From Anaerolineales bacterium (GTDB taxonomy: Bacteria > Chloroflexota > Anaerolineae > Anaerolineales > JABWBV01): a stretch of DNA of 36,826 nucleotides. A model generated the notes under the pieces. The model was not told the DNA's origin. It searched no databases and saw nothing but the letters and a program-made list of their open reading frames with translations. Position 1 is the stretch's first letter; each line of letters begins with the position of its first letter. Both the position numbers and the translations under genes were made by a program. Positions 9,318 through 17,845 of the stretch are shown in pieces. The stretch lies in the NCBI GenBank assembly GCA_041564295.1, contig JBFGQG010000001.1, forward strand, positions 1 to 36,826. The letters run 5' to 3'.

Positions 9318-10949
9318 TCAGTAAGGTCCTTCCCGGAAGATGCGGACACGGCGATGGGGCTCTTTTCCATATGAATGTGAGACGAGCTCTGCATCTCGCG
9401 CCATTTCATGCTGGATGCGGCGAATGTATGAGGATGCCGGCGGCAGTTCGACCCACCGCTCCCCATTCAGAACAGCATCGATTGCATCGCGCGTGTTTGC
9501 GATCATGGCTTCCTCGCTCCCACCGTTGTCCGCTGAGGCAGCCATTCCGAACAGGTCCATCAAGAAGCGTTCCATCTGCTTGACGGTGTTCGCACGCAAG
9601 ACGTAGATCGGCATGCCGCGGTTTTCTGCGTCCACGACGGTCTGCTGGCGCTTCCGGTAATAGGAACGTAAGGTCACCAGCACATCAGCGTCGCCGGCGT
9701 CGCGGATGACGATAGCCGGCACCCGCAGCCGTTTTGCAGCCTGCATCAAGCGGTTGCGCGCAACACCGTATGGGTAAATGCGCACCGGATTTAACGGTTC
9801 GTCAGCAACCGCAGACTGCGATTGGCGGGCGAACGAGCCTTCAAGCGAATCTTCTAGCCTTATTCTGCGCGAGCGGTCAGGGGGCAGGTCGTTTGTGCCC
9901 TGCCTGAGAAAGCCCTGGGGATCCCTGGCAGATGCGCGCTGCGGCGAGGGAGCTCGCTCAATGTGGATCTGACCTTCTTCATCGCGCGAGCGAATTTCCG
10001 GCGGCAGCGCATTTCCGCGCAGGAGGAAATCGACCGATCCGGCAACGTCCGGATGGACTGCCAGCCTGTCGCGCGTCTGGATTTCGATCAGCACATCAAA
10101 AGTCGGCGGCGAACGCCGCTCGAGGACCGTTTTTTGAGTGCCGCGCCGGCGGGCTTCTTCATCGGAGAGGGTGACAGATTCGATTCCGCCCACGAGGTCC
10201 GACAGGGTCGGGTTGAGCAGCAGGTTGTCCAGCGTGTTGCCGTGAGCTGTGCCGATCAGCTGTACGCCGCGTTCAGCGATCGTGCGGGCCGCGATCGCTT
10301 CGAGTTCACGCCCAATTTCATCGATCACGATGACTTCCGGGTTGTGGTTTTCGACGGCTTCGATCATGACCTCATGCTGGTAAGAAGGCGTGGATACCTG
10401 CATTCGCCGCGCCTTACCGACTGCCGGATGGGGGACGTCGCCGTCACCGCCGATCTCGTTCGAGGTATCGACGATCACGACGCGGTTTTTCTCTGCCAGG
10501 ATGCGGGCAGCTTCGCGCAGCATAGTCGTCTTCCCGACGCCCGGCCGGCCGAGCATGAGGATACTTTTTCCGCTGGCAATGAGGTCTTCAATAATGTCGA
10601 TGGTGCCGTATACGGCCCGCCCGACGCGCAGCGTCAGACCGACGATCTGGCCGCGCCGGTTGCGGATTGCAGAAATCCTGTGCAGGGTGCGTTCAATACC
10701 GGCGCGGTTATCTTCGTCAAATGTGCCGACCCCTTCCACAACATAAGAAATTTCGTCATGGTTGACTTCACCATCTTCGCGCAGGACGATTTCTCCATGG
10801 GTGTAACGGGCCGTGGGCAGGCGCCCGAGATCGAGGATGATCTCGAGCAGATCGTCCTCCCCTCCCCGCCGGGAGACAGCTACCCGAACGGAATCGGGAA
10901 GGACGCGGAGCAAAGCATTTAAATCATCAGTAATTTTTTTCTTATTCAT
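9318..10949 (-). CDS. R3H-domain AAA ATPase (ycf45 / SpoIIIAA-like)
   Basis: Walker A GRPGVGKTT, Walker B VIVIDEIG. C-terminal R3H-like LPPASSYIRRIQHEMA...SHSYGKEPHRRVRIF. The ATG overlaps the upstream stop (ATGA). Confidence 0.85.
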   Translation of the reverse strand: MNKKKITDDLNALLRVLPDSVRVAVSRRGGEDDLLEIILDLGRLPTARYTHGEIVLREDGEVNHDEISYVVEGVGTFDEDNRAGIERTLHRISAIRNRRGQIVGLTLRVGRAVYGTIDIIEDLIASGKSILMLGRPGVGKTTMLREAARILAEKNRVVIVDTSNEIGGDGDVPHPAVGKARRMQVSTPSYQHEVMIEAVENHNPEVIVIDEIGRELEAIAARTIAERGVQLIGTAHGNTLDNLLLNPTLSDLVGGIESVTLSDEEARRRGTQKTVLERRSPPTFDVLIEIQTRDRLAVHPDVAGSVDFLLRGNALPPEIRSRDEEGQIHIERAPSPQRASARDPQGFLRQGTNDLPPDRSRRIRLEDSLEGSFARQSQSAVADEPLNPVRIYPYGVARNRLMQAAKRLRVPAIVIRDAGDADVLVTLRSYYRKRQQTVVDAENRGMPIYVLRANTVKQMERFLMDLFGMAASADNGGSEEAMIANTRDAIDAVLNGERWVELPPASSYIRRIQHEMARDAELVSHSYGKEPHRRVRIFREGPY

Positions 10950-11926
10950 AAGAGACTTTCTATCGGTCGCGAGGGGCTTTGCGTTTCAGATTTACCATTT
11001 TCCTCTACGATCGAATAAGTTGAAGTTTCAGGCTGGACATTTTCAATCCCGGCCTTTTTTGCCTGGCGGGCCGGTTCTTTGAGCGAGACCACCAGTCTTT
11101 TGACCAAGACGGCCTGATGAGGTCCTGCCTCCAGGTCCATGTCCTCCAGGAACGGCGTCAGCCAGGCCTGGTGAGACCGCACACAGAGATATACAGGTCT
11201 CGAGCGGACGTTAGGGACGGCTGCGAAGATCGAGGCGAGCAGTTCCTCAGCATGGTCCGTATCCGGGTGGACGATCGGTTGGGCCAGTATGCCCTTTGGA
11301 CCGTAGGATAGGTGGACATAGCCCAGGACTTCGCCTTCGTGTTCAAAGATCAGCCCGCTCATATTCTCCCATGGCGGCGGTTCGGTCTGTTGGACGAGGG
11401 CAGGCACCAGGGAGTTGTAGAGATAATGCACGTGATATTCGTCTTTTTCCTTCACCTGCCGCCAGAAAAGGTTCGAGATTTTTTTGCTCTGGGAGAGATC
11501 CCACACCCGCTGCCGGGCGTAAATCGCGTAACCGGCCAGGCGGAGCACCTCGTAAGCGGCGGAGCGCTCATTGACTTCGGCCAGCAGGTTGAGTGCGCCG
11601 CGGTCGCCTGCGCGGGCGGCGAGGTAGTCGAGGAGCCGGAACACAGCGGGAGATTCGACCAGTTCTTCCGGTGAAATGAACGTCAACCTCGCGTTCGATC
11701 TGCCGGGTGAGAGGAAAAACTGACCGACGATCTGATCGCCGTTCGCATCTTCGCTGTCGGTGACGTAGGTGAAAATGCCGGTTGCTGGCGCGAAGGTGGC
11801 GAGTAAAGCTCCAGCCGGAACGAGACCCATCCAGCGCGTAAGGGCCAGAGAGGTATCCAGCCAGATGCCGTCATTCCTGTTGCGGTGGAGGGAAGGGAAA
11901 TCGCGCCAATCGAAAGAACGAATCAT
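10946..11926 (-). CDS. hypothetical protein with two GNAT-like (acetyltransferase-fold) halves
   Basis: 326 aa. LLDYLAARAGDRGALNLLAEV...LRLAGYAIYARQRVW and a second similar half (GEVLGYVHLSY...) resemble GNAT beta4-alpha3 cores. Tightly packed between pdxT and the ATPase gene. Confidence 0.55.
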   Translation of the reverse strand: MIRSFDWRDFPSLHRNRNDGIWLDTSLALTRWMGLVPAGALLATFAPATGIFTYVTDSEDANGDQIVGQFFLSPGRSNARLTFISPEELVESPAVFRLLDYLAARAGDRGALNLLAEVNERSAAYEVLRLAGYAIYARQRVWDLSQSKKISNLFWRQVKEKDEYHVHYLYNSLVPALVQQTEPPPWENMSGLIFEHEGEVLGYVHLSYGPKGILAQPIVHPDTDHAEELLASIFAAVPNVRSRPVYLCVRSHQAWLTPFLEDMDLEAGPHQAVLVKRLVVSLKEPARQAKKAGIENVQPETSTYSIVEENGKSETQSPSRPIESLL

Positions 11927-11930
11927 ACGA

Positions 11931-12500
11931 TCAATGAATCAACGAAACGAAATACTTGTGGAAGCGGTCGTCATTCGTCAGCTCCGGGTGGAAAGACGTC
12001 GCGAGGATGTGCCCTTGTTGGGCGGCCACGATGCGCCCGTCCTCCAACCTTGCGAGAACCTGGGCGTCGCCCTGGACCGATTCTATCAGCGGTGCGCGGA
12101 TAAAGATGGCATGGTAAGGCGTACCGTGTTCCTCGAGAGCGGGTATAGGGATGTCGACCTCGAAGCTGGCGACCTGGCGGCCGAAAGCGTTCCGCTCAAC
12201 CGTGATGTCCATCACGCCGAGGAGCGGCTGGTCTCTCTTGGCGTCGCGGGAAAGAAAGATTGCCCCGGCGCACGTGCCCCAGACGGGTTTTCGAGAGGCG
12301 AAGTCCTTTAACGGTGCCAGCAGGCCGAAATCTACGGCAAGCTTTCCGATCGTAGTCGATTCACCTCCGGGGATGATCAGTCCGTCCAGGTCCTCCAGTT
12401 CGTCGGCGCGGCGGACTTCCACCGCGTCGACGCCAAGGGAAGAGAGCATCTGGATGTGTTCGGCGAAGGCGCCTTGCAGCGCCAGCACACCGATTCTCAT
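11931..12500 (-). CDS. pdxT: pyridoxal 5'-phosphate synthase glutaminase subunit
   Basis: MRIGVLALQGAFAEH..., GLIIPGGESTT, WGTCAG (catalytic Cys), SFHPE. 5 nt after pdxS. Confidence 0.92.
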   Translation of the reverse strand: MRIGVLALQGAFAEHIQMLSSLGVDAVEVRRADELEDLDGLIIPGGESTTIGKLAVDFGLLAPLKDFASRKPVWGTCAGAIFLSRDAKRDQPLLGVMDITVERNAFGRQVASFEVDIPIPALEEHGTPYHAIFIRAPLIESVQGDAQVLARLEDGRIVAAQQGHILATSFHPELTNDDRFHKYFVSLIH

Positions 12501-12505
12501 AAGCT

Positions 12506-13393
12506 TTACCAGCCTCGATGAGCCAGCAGTTCAGAATCGGGGATTTCAGAGACCTGGCGCCCGACCATCGGCTCGCCCAGGTTCTTGCTGACTTCAGCCA
12601 GGACTGCTGGATCGTTGTAATGGGTGACGGATTTGACGATCGCTGCGGCGCGTTTTGCGGGGTCGCCGGATTTGAAGATACCGGAGCCGACGAAAACACC
12701 GTCGACGCCGAGTTGCATCATCAGGGCTGCGTCTGCAGGGGTGGCGACGCCGCCGGCGGCAAAATTGACGACCGGGAGACGACCCAGGCGCCGCGTTTCT
12801 ACGACGAGCTCGTACGGCGCGCGGATTTCTCTGGCAAAAGACATCAGCTCTTCTTCCGGCATGATCTGCAGACGGCGGATATCGCCGAGAACGGAGCGAG
12901 CGTGCCGCACGGCTTCAATGACATCGCCTGTGCCGGCTTCGCCCTTCGTACGGATCATGGCTGCGCCTTCGCCGATGCGGCGGAGGGCTTCGCCAAGATT
13001 CCGGCAGCCGCAAACGAACGGGATGCGGAAAGTGTGTTTATTGATGTGGTGTTCTTCATCGGCGGGGGTGAGCACCTCGGATTCGTCGACGTAATCGACC
13101 CCGAGAGCTTCGAGAATTTGCGCTTCGACGAAGTGGCCAATGCGGGCTTTTGCCATTACCGGGATGGACACCGCGGCCATGATGTCCTCGATCATGCCCG
13201 GGTCGCTCATCCTTGCGACGCCGCCGTGAGCGCGGATGTCAGCCGGGACGCGTTCGAGCGCCATCACGGCGACGGCGCCGGAGTCTTCAGCGATGCGAGC
13301 GTGCTCAGGGGTGACGACGTCCATGATGACTCCACCCTTGAGCATTTGTGCCAGCCCTTTTTTAACGGCAAAGGTGGCGACTTCCTGTTCCAT
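12506..13393 (-). CDS. pdxS: pyridoxal 5'-phosphate synthase lyase subunit
   Basis: [72 protein letters not shown] at 13393 is preceded by GGAGG at 8-nt spacing. Confidence 0.92.
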   Translation of the reverse strand: MEQEVATFAVKKGLAQMLKGGVIMDVVTPEHARIAEDSGAVAVMALERVPADIRAHGGVARMSDPGMIEDIMAAVSIPVMAKARIGHFVEAQILEALGVDYVDESEVLTPADEEHHINKHTFRIPFVCGCRNLGEALRRIGEGAAMIRTKGEAGTGDVIEAVRHARSVLGDIRRLQIMPEEELMSFAREIRAPYELVVETRRLGRLPVVNFAAGGVATPADAALMMQLGVDGVFVGSGIFKSGDPAKRAAAIVKSVTHYNDPAVLAEVSKNLGEPMVGRQVSEIPDSELLAHRGW

Positions 13394-13724
13394 GAGCTTA
13401 CCTCCTTGGGCGGCTGTCTGCCGGCCCATTAAATGTGCGGCGATCTGCGCCGAGAAGAGAAGGTGGGGCGCAATTTCGCCTCACGATTCTACCATGCAGC
13501 GCGTTTAATGCCATTAACGAGGGATAAATGAGCGGCATGTTTCAACGCGCAAAAAGACCGATTTTAAACTCAATGAATGCTAGATATTATGCAAAAGATG
13601 CAGGAAAGCAATAAATGATGAATTCCAGCGGCGGTTGGGTTTGGAGTAGAATTTGTGTAAGTGCGAGGTGCGGGCAGGTAAAATAAAGCTTGCTGGCCTG
13701 CCAGTATGTCAACAAAAAAACATC

Positions 13725-13738
13725 GTTTCACGTGAAAC
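13725..13738. promoter_or_regulatory. perfect 14-bp palindrome GTTTCACGTGAAAC, copy 1, in the yhfC-like 5' leader
   Basis: Read directly. Ends 17 nt upstream of the ATG at 13756. An identical copy lies at 14615-14628. Confidence 0.5.
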
Positions 13739-13755
13739 AAGAAAAGGCTGAAGTT

Positions 13756-14607
13756 ATGCTGTTTGTTCGATTTTTAAACCCGTTGCTGATGGTGATCCTG
13801 GGTCTGGGTGCAGGGGCGGTCCTGGCCGGGCGCAGAGCGGAAGCGTGGCGTTTTTATTTTGTGGGCGTCGTGACGTTTATTCTGTCCCAGGTGCTGCATA
13901 TCCCTTTCAATGTCTGGATTCTGAATCCATGGATCGGGTCGTTTTCGAGCAATGGATCTACGCTCTTGATCGTTTCGGTTTTTCTGGGGCTGTCCGCCGG
14001 GGTTTTTGAAGAAATAGCGCGTTATGTGGCGTTTCGGTTTGTGGTGCGCGAGGCGCGCGATTGGCACGCGGGGGTAATGTTCGGCGCAGGGCACGGCGGT
14101 GTGGAGGCGGTGCTCGTCGGGTTATTTGCGCTGTACACTGTCATGCAGTTAACGATGCTTCGCGGGCAGGATGTGGGGGTGCTGATCGGTGACGCGCCTC
14201 TGGAGCAACTGGAGCGAGTACAGGCCCAGGTTGCAGCTTTTTGGGCGCTACCCTGGTACGCTGTGCTGTTGGGAGCCCTGGAGCGCCTGTTTGCTATCCT
14301 GTTTCACCTGTCGGCATCGCTGATGGTGCTGCAGGTTTTCCTGCGCAGGAACCTCGCCTGGTTGCTGGCGGCAATCCTGTGGCATACAGCGCTGGACGCT
14401 GTGGCGGTTTATGTATCTTCCGTTTGGGGGATCTACTGGGCAGAAGCGGCTGTCGGCTTGATGGCGCTTGTGAGTGTCGGCATTCTTTGGGCGCTGCGAG
14501 ATCGTGGGCGCGAGGAGCCTGATGTGCAGCCTGCTGAGCAAGAACTTCTTAATCTGGAGCGAGTCGACTTAACGCAAGACCAGATCGACAGCAGTCGGTT
14601 CAGCTGA
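13756..14607 (+). CDS. YhfC-family intramembrane metalloprotease
   Basis: Multi-TM protein with FEEIARY, GAGHGGVEA and WHTALD motifs characteristic of YhfC/CPBP-like membrane proteases. I chose the ATG at 13756 (MLFVRFLNPLL...) over the TTG at 13690. Confidence 0.8.
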   Translation: MLFVRFLNPLLMVILGLGAGAVLAGRRAEAWRFYFVGVVTFILSQVLHIPFNVWILNPWIGSFSSNGSTLLIVSVFLGLSAGVFEEIARYVAFRFVVREARDWHAGVMFGAGHGGVEAVLVGLFALYTVMQLTMLRGQDVGVLIGDAPLEQLERVQAQVAAFWALPWYAVLLGALERLFAILFHLSASLMVLQVFLRRNLAWLLAAILWHTALDAVAVYVSSVWGIYWAEAAVGLMALVSVGILWALRDRGREEPDVQPAEQELLNLERVDLTQDQIDSSRFS

Positions 14608-14614
14608 ACGCGAT

Positions 14615-14628
14615 GTTTCACGTGAAAC
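14615..14628. promoter_or_regulatory. perfect 14-bp palindrome GTTTCACGTGAAAC, copy 2, just after the yhfC-like stop
   Basis: Read directly. Begins 7 nt after the TGA stop at 14605-14607. Confidence 0.5.
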
Positions 14629-14764
14629 GAAGAGTAGTTGTTGGCTTGCTGGTCCGTTTGTTGATTTCCGGGTTGATTGCTGGTATCAGGTCTTGTGATG
14701 ATGTCTATGCCGGGCTGAGTTATCGCTTGCCGCACTTGTTTTGATACCAACCGACCGTCAATTC

Positions 14765-15487
14765 TTAAAACACGAGCTGCGCGATTCTGCGAATCTCCGC
14801 CGTGTATGCTTCGGGTTGTTCGAGATTTGCCAGATGGCCAGCATGTTTCAGCTCGTGAAGCGAGCCCTTTCGGAGGTTGGTGAGTAATTTCTCCTGCTGA
14901 GCGACATTCGGTTCATCTTCTTCGCCGTTGAGGATGTGTACGGGGTGGGGGTAGTTTCTCAAGTGCTGATGATAGTCTGTACCGGCGACCTGGCCAAAGG
15001 CGCTTGTCGCCCCTGAAAGGTAGAGACCGCCGGGCATTGCGGGTCCGAGGACCTCCGGTGCGACTCTCCGCTGGAAGGATTTCAACGTGTTCTCTGCTAC
15101 CCAGGCATTTCCTCGTAGTTTGAGGAAGACGCCGGTCGCTTTGAAACCGAGACCCGCAAGACCGTTGAGGTTCATGCTGCATCCGGTGAGGACCAGTCCG
15201 CATGTCCGGCCAGGGTAAAGGGCAGCAAATCGCACGGCCAGATAGCCGCCGAGAGAAATACCGACGATCAAGACGGGAGAACTGTCGTTGTCGATGAGGA
15301 TCTTTTCGAGATCTCGAACCGCCTGCTGGATGCGAAAGGGTCTGGCGGAGCGCAGGCCGTGCCCGGGCAGGTCTGGTGCGATGACGTTGAAGTCAGGGGC
15401 AAGGGCCGTGATCTGTGGGTGCCACCAGTGATGGTCCACTCCGCCGCCGTGAAGGAACATGATAGTGCGTGAAGTCCTGTGGGTCAA
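14765..15487 (-). CDS. alpha/beta hydrolase
   Basis: FLHGGG, nucleophile elbow GISLGG, C-terminal HAGH. The TTG start overlaps the upstream TGA (TTGA). An internal ATG at 15460 is possible but would leave too short an N-terminus. Confidence 0.85.
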   Translation of the reverse strand: MTHRTSRTIMFLHGGGVDHHWWHPQITALAPDFNVIAPDLPGHGLRSARPFRIQQAVRDLEKILIDNDSSPVLIVGISLGGYLAVRFAALYPGRTCGLVLTGCSMNLNGLAGLGFKATGVFLKLRGNAWVAENTLKSFQRRVAPEVLGPAMPGGLYLSGATSAFGQVAGTDYHQHLRNYPHPVHILNGEEDEPNVAQQEKLLTNLRKGSLHELKHAGHLANLEQPEAYTAEIRRIAQLVF

Positions 15488-16155
15488 ATTTTCTCTCCCC
15501 GGGTTTTTCCCGTTCCGGGTTTTCCACTGTCAACGTCGAGCGAGGGGATGAAGACGGTAAGCAGGTTGTAGACCGCGCCTTCTCCTTCCAGTTCACGATC
15601 TTTTGCCGCGGAGAATGCCTCTGTTAGTGCCATCAGCCGGGCCTGGAAAGCGCGGGCCTGCGAAGGAGTGAGACGGACCCGTTCCTGGGTGAAGTGCGCC
15701 CAGCGCCCATCGAAGCTTGCAAGGTGTTCTCGTTCGCCTTTGGACGATTCCATCAGGGTGATGAAGTCGCTGCGAGTGGACTGCGCGGCCGAATCGAAAA
15801 GCGCAACCGCGGAAGCGGATTTTTCCGCCGATCGCTCCCCTGTGTTGAACAGGTTTTCAGTAACCTGGATCCGCATGGCTTGCATGGCGTAGTGCTTTTC
15901 GATGATGCCTGAGACCACCTGCGTACCGGCAACGCGGATCAGACCGTGCTCCTCGAGCATGTGGATATGGTAGTAAAGCTTTTGAGGAGTGGTTTCCAGC
16001 ACTTTTGCCAGCTGTTTGACCGTACGCAGCTCGCCCCGGTCATTTGCCAGGTTGATCTCGTCCATCAGGCGGATACGGAGTGGGTCGCTGATTGCTTTCA
16101 GGGTTTCGAAATTATCGACGACAAAAAGGGGGTTTCTTTTAATCCCAACCGACAT
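15484..16155 (-). CDS. winged-helix (ArsR/HTH_20-type) transcriptional regulator
   Basis: ISDPLRIRLMDEI...RTVKQLAKVLETTPQKLYYHIHMLEEHGLIRV. GGAGG RBS upstream of the ATG. Confidence 0.8.
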   Translation of the reverse strand: MSVGIKRNPLFVVDNFETLKAISDPLRIRLMDEINLANDRGELRTVKQLAKVLETTPQKLYYHIHMLEEHGLIRVAGTQVVSGIIEKHYAMQAMRIQVTENLFNTGERSAEKSASAVALFDSAAQSTRSDFITLMESSKGEREHLASFDGRWAHFTQERVRLTPSQARAFQARLMALTEAFSAAKDRELEGEGAVYNLLTVFIPSLDVDSGKPGTGKTRGEKI

Positions 16156-16159
16156 TCAA

Positions 16160-16198
16160 GTTTCCTCCATCATTAAAATAAATTTAAATGATGGAAAC
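16160..16198. promoter_or_regulatory. imperfect AT-rich inverted repeat (GTTTCC[TCC]ATCATT - 12 nt - AATGATGGAAAC) covering the regulator's RBS
   Basis: Read directly. The left arm contains the complement of the GGAGG Shine-Dalgarno of the gene starting at 16155. Confidence 0.4.
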
Positions 16199-16247
16199 TA
16201 TTATAACACCCCAAAACAGTTTAATCCAGTAACGCTAAAATTTGCTT

Positions 16248-17630
16248 TTAGGGGATATCGTAGCCGGCGCGTGCCAGGAGGTCGCCGAGGGTCTCGTGCG
16301 TAACGTCCTGCAGTTCCGGGGATAGGTCAGTCTGCCAGCGATTAATCGATTTAATCGGATTATTTCCGGAGGTTTTATGCGGCGTCAGGCGGGTGAACAG
16401 GCCGGGCCAGCGCTGCTGCATGCGCTTCGGCACGAGATAGGACAGCACGTTTTTCGCCCGCTGCTTGGTAGGCACGGAATTCGCCGCCTTCAACATTCTT
16501 CTCACGGTCTTCGCGTCGTTCTTCACGCCGATATATGCCAATACACCGGGCAGCGTTTCTTCAGGCTGCAGAATCAGGTCTTCATATTTCATAAGGATCG
16601 AGCGGTCTTTGCGCTCATCGTAGCTGTCCAGGAGCTGTTCGATGCTCGGGCGGAGCTTGCGGATGAAGTCGGCCTCATCAACGGCGACCAGCGGCCCCAC
16701 GCCGACGTAGCCGCGCATTTTGTTGAACGCGAACATCGAGCAGACCATATCGCGGAAATCCCGCAGGACGAAGACCTCCCTAGCTCCCGGATACAACCCA
16801 TACATGAGCCTTGGAATGTGGTCTGCTCGGTTTTTTTCAGCAAAGAAACGCGGCTTCGGATCCTTCTGCGCACGCGCGAGGTTCAGATAGAATTCGTCAA
16901 TGTTCTGCTGGCAGAATTGAGCCGTGCGTACGACCATATCTCGGCCGAACCAGCGCCGCATTTCGCGGTGTTCGATCACAGGATGTGTGAAATAAGGGTT
17001 CTGACCGGTGTTCCACGGCCGGTCGGCAAAGCCGAGGCGTTGCATCGACTGCTCGTGGTTTGCCGGGTCCGTAAGCACCTTCAACTGGTGAATCCAGTAA
17101 TTCGCCGCCATGGTTTCGTATGGATGCACCCGGTGAATCACAATTTCGGGATGCTCGCCGAAGAGCCGCACCGACCAGGTCGAACCGCTTCTGCCGTGCG
17201 AGGTAATCATCAATGGCTGAAGTTTCGCATCGTAATTCGATTGGAGCGGTTCGTGCTTCAGGCGGATCGAACCGAACGGTACCAGCGGCCCATCCTTGAT
17301 CTGGACCTGCAAGACGAGTTCGCAGGGGGATGGGAAGCCCGTGACACCGACCTCTGTGATAAAACCTGGCGTCTGCGCACCGGGCTGCGCCGGGTAACGC
17401 AGGCTGATTTTCGGCCAGAGGGTGTTGACCGGGACGACCTTGACCCGCACACCCTGGTGGGTGATCACGACCGATTCGACAGGCTGCCTGGCCCCGAGCA
17501 ACCAGCCTGCCAGGGAAAACGAGTAAATGTCGTCAGAAAAACCGACCGCAGGTTTCTCTATCATGCCCTTGAACAGCCAATCACTGTCTATTTGGTCCGT
17601 GCGGACTTCCAGTATTTCGATCGTTGCCAT
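16248..17630 (-). CDS. sulfotransferase-family protein with a ~150-aa N-terminal extension
   Basis: PAPS 5'-phosphosulfate loop TSHGRSGSTW and 3'-phosphate motif VLRDFRDMVCS. I chose the ATG at 17630 (AGGAAA 9 nt upstream); the ORF track extends to 17699. Confidence 0.8.
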   Translation of the reverse strand: MATIEILEVRTDQIDSDWLFKGMIEKPAVGFSDDIYSFSLAGWLLGARQPVESVVITHQGVRVKVVPVNTLWPKISLRYPAQPGAQTPGFITEVGVTGFPSPCELVLQVQIKDGPLVPFGSIRLKHEPLQSNYDAKLQPLMITSHGRSGSTWSVRLFGEHPEIVIHRVHPYETMAANYWIHQLKVLTDPANHEQSMQRLGFADRPWNTGQNPYFTHPVIEHREMRRWFGRDMVVRTAQFCQQNIDEFYLNLARAQKDPKPRFFAEKNRADHIPRLMYGLYPGAREVFVLRDFRDMVCSMFAFNKMRGYVGVGPLVAVDEADFIRKLRPSIEQLLDSYDERKDRSILMKYEDLILQPEETLPGVLAYIGVKNDAKTVRRMLKAANSVPTKQRAKNVLSYLVPKRMQQRWPGLFTRLTPHKTSGNNPIKSINRWQTDLSPELQDVTHETLGDLLARAGYDIP

Positions 17631-17735
17631 AAATACGTTTCCTGTACGAACGCATAGTTTACCAGCGGCTATCATATCACCGACTTGCCCGACTTGCATT
17701 GGCCAAAATGCACGGGACCCTCAAAAGACCTTTTC

Positions 17736-17764
17736 TTGACGTGCATTTCTCTTTATGGGAGAAT
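17736..17764 (+). promoter_or_regulatory. candidate sigma70-type promoter for the wzm/wzt operon
   Basis: TTGACG (17736-17741), 17-nt spacer, GAGAAT (17759-17764), about 80 nt upstream of the ATG at 17846. Pattern match only. Confidence 0.3.
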
Positions 17765-17845
17765 ATGGAGCGCTTTTACTTGGGGAGCCAGGTTACGGCT
17801 GAATCAATTTCGAATTCCTGACCCTACGTGATCTGAGAATACTTT

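Noticed and set aside
9963-10922. 319-aa plus-strand ORF antisense to the R3H/AAA ATPase gene. The same pattern appears at 12518-13432 (opposite pdxS), 20401-21474 (opposite the GT gene), 2656-3366 and 33025-33735.
   Set aside because: Each lies opposite a gene with strong family motifs (Walker A/B, PdxS, GT2, DinB, MerB). Each has an Arg/Asp/Gly-biased composition and no RBS. I treated all of them as antisense shadow ORFs.
16377-17657. 426-aa plus-strand ORF antisense to the sulfotransferase gene
   Set aside because: The opposite strand carries clear PAPS-binding motifs. This frame is Arg/His/Pro-rich with no recognisable domain, so it is a shadow ORF.
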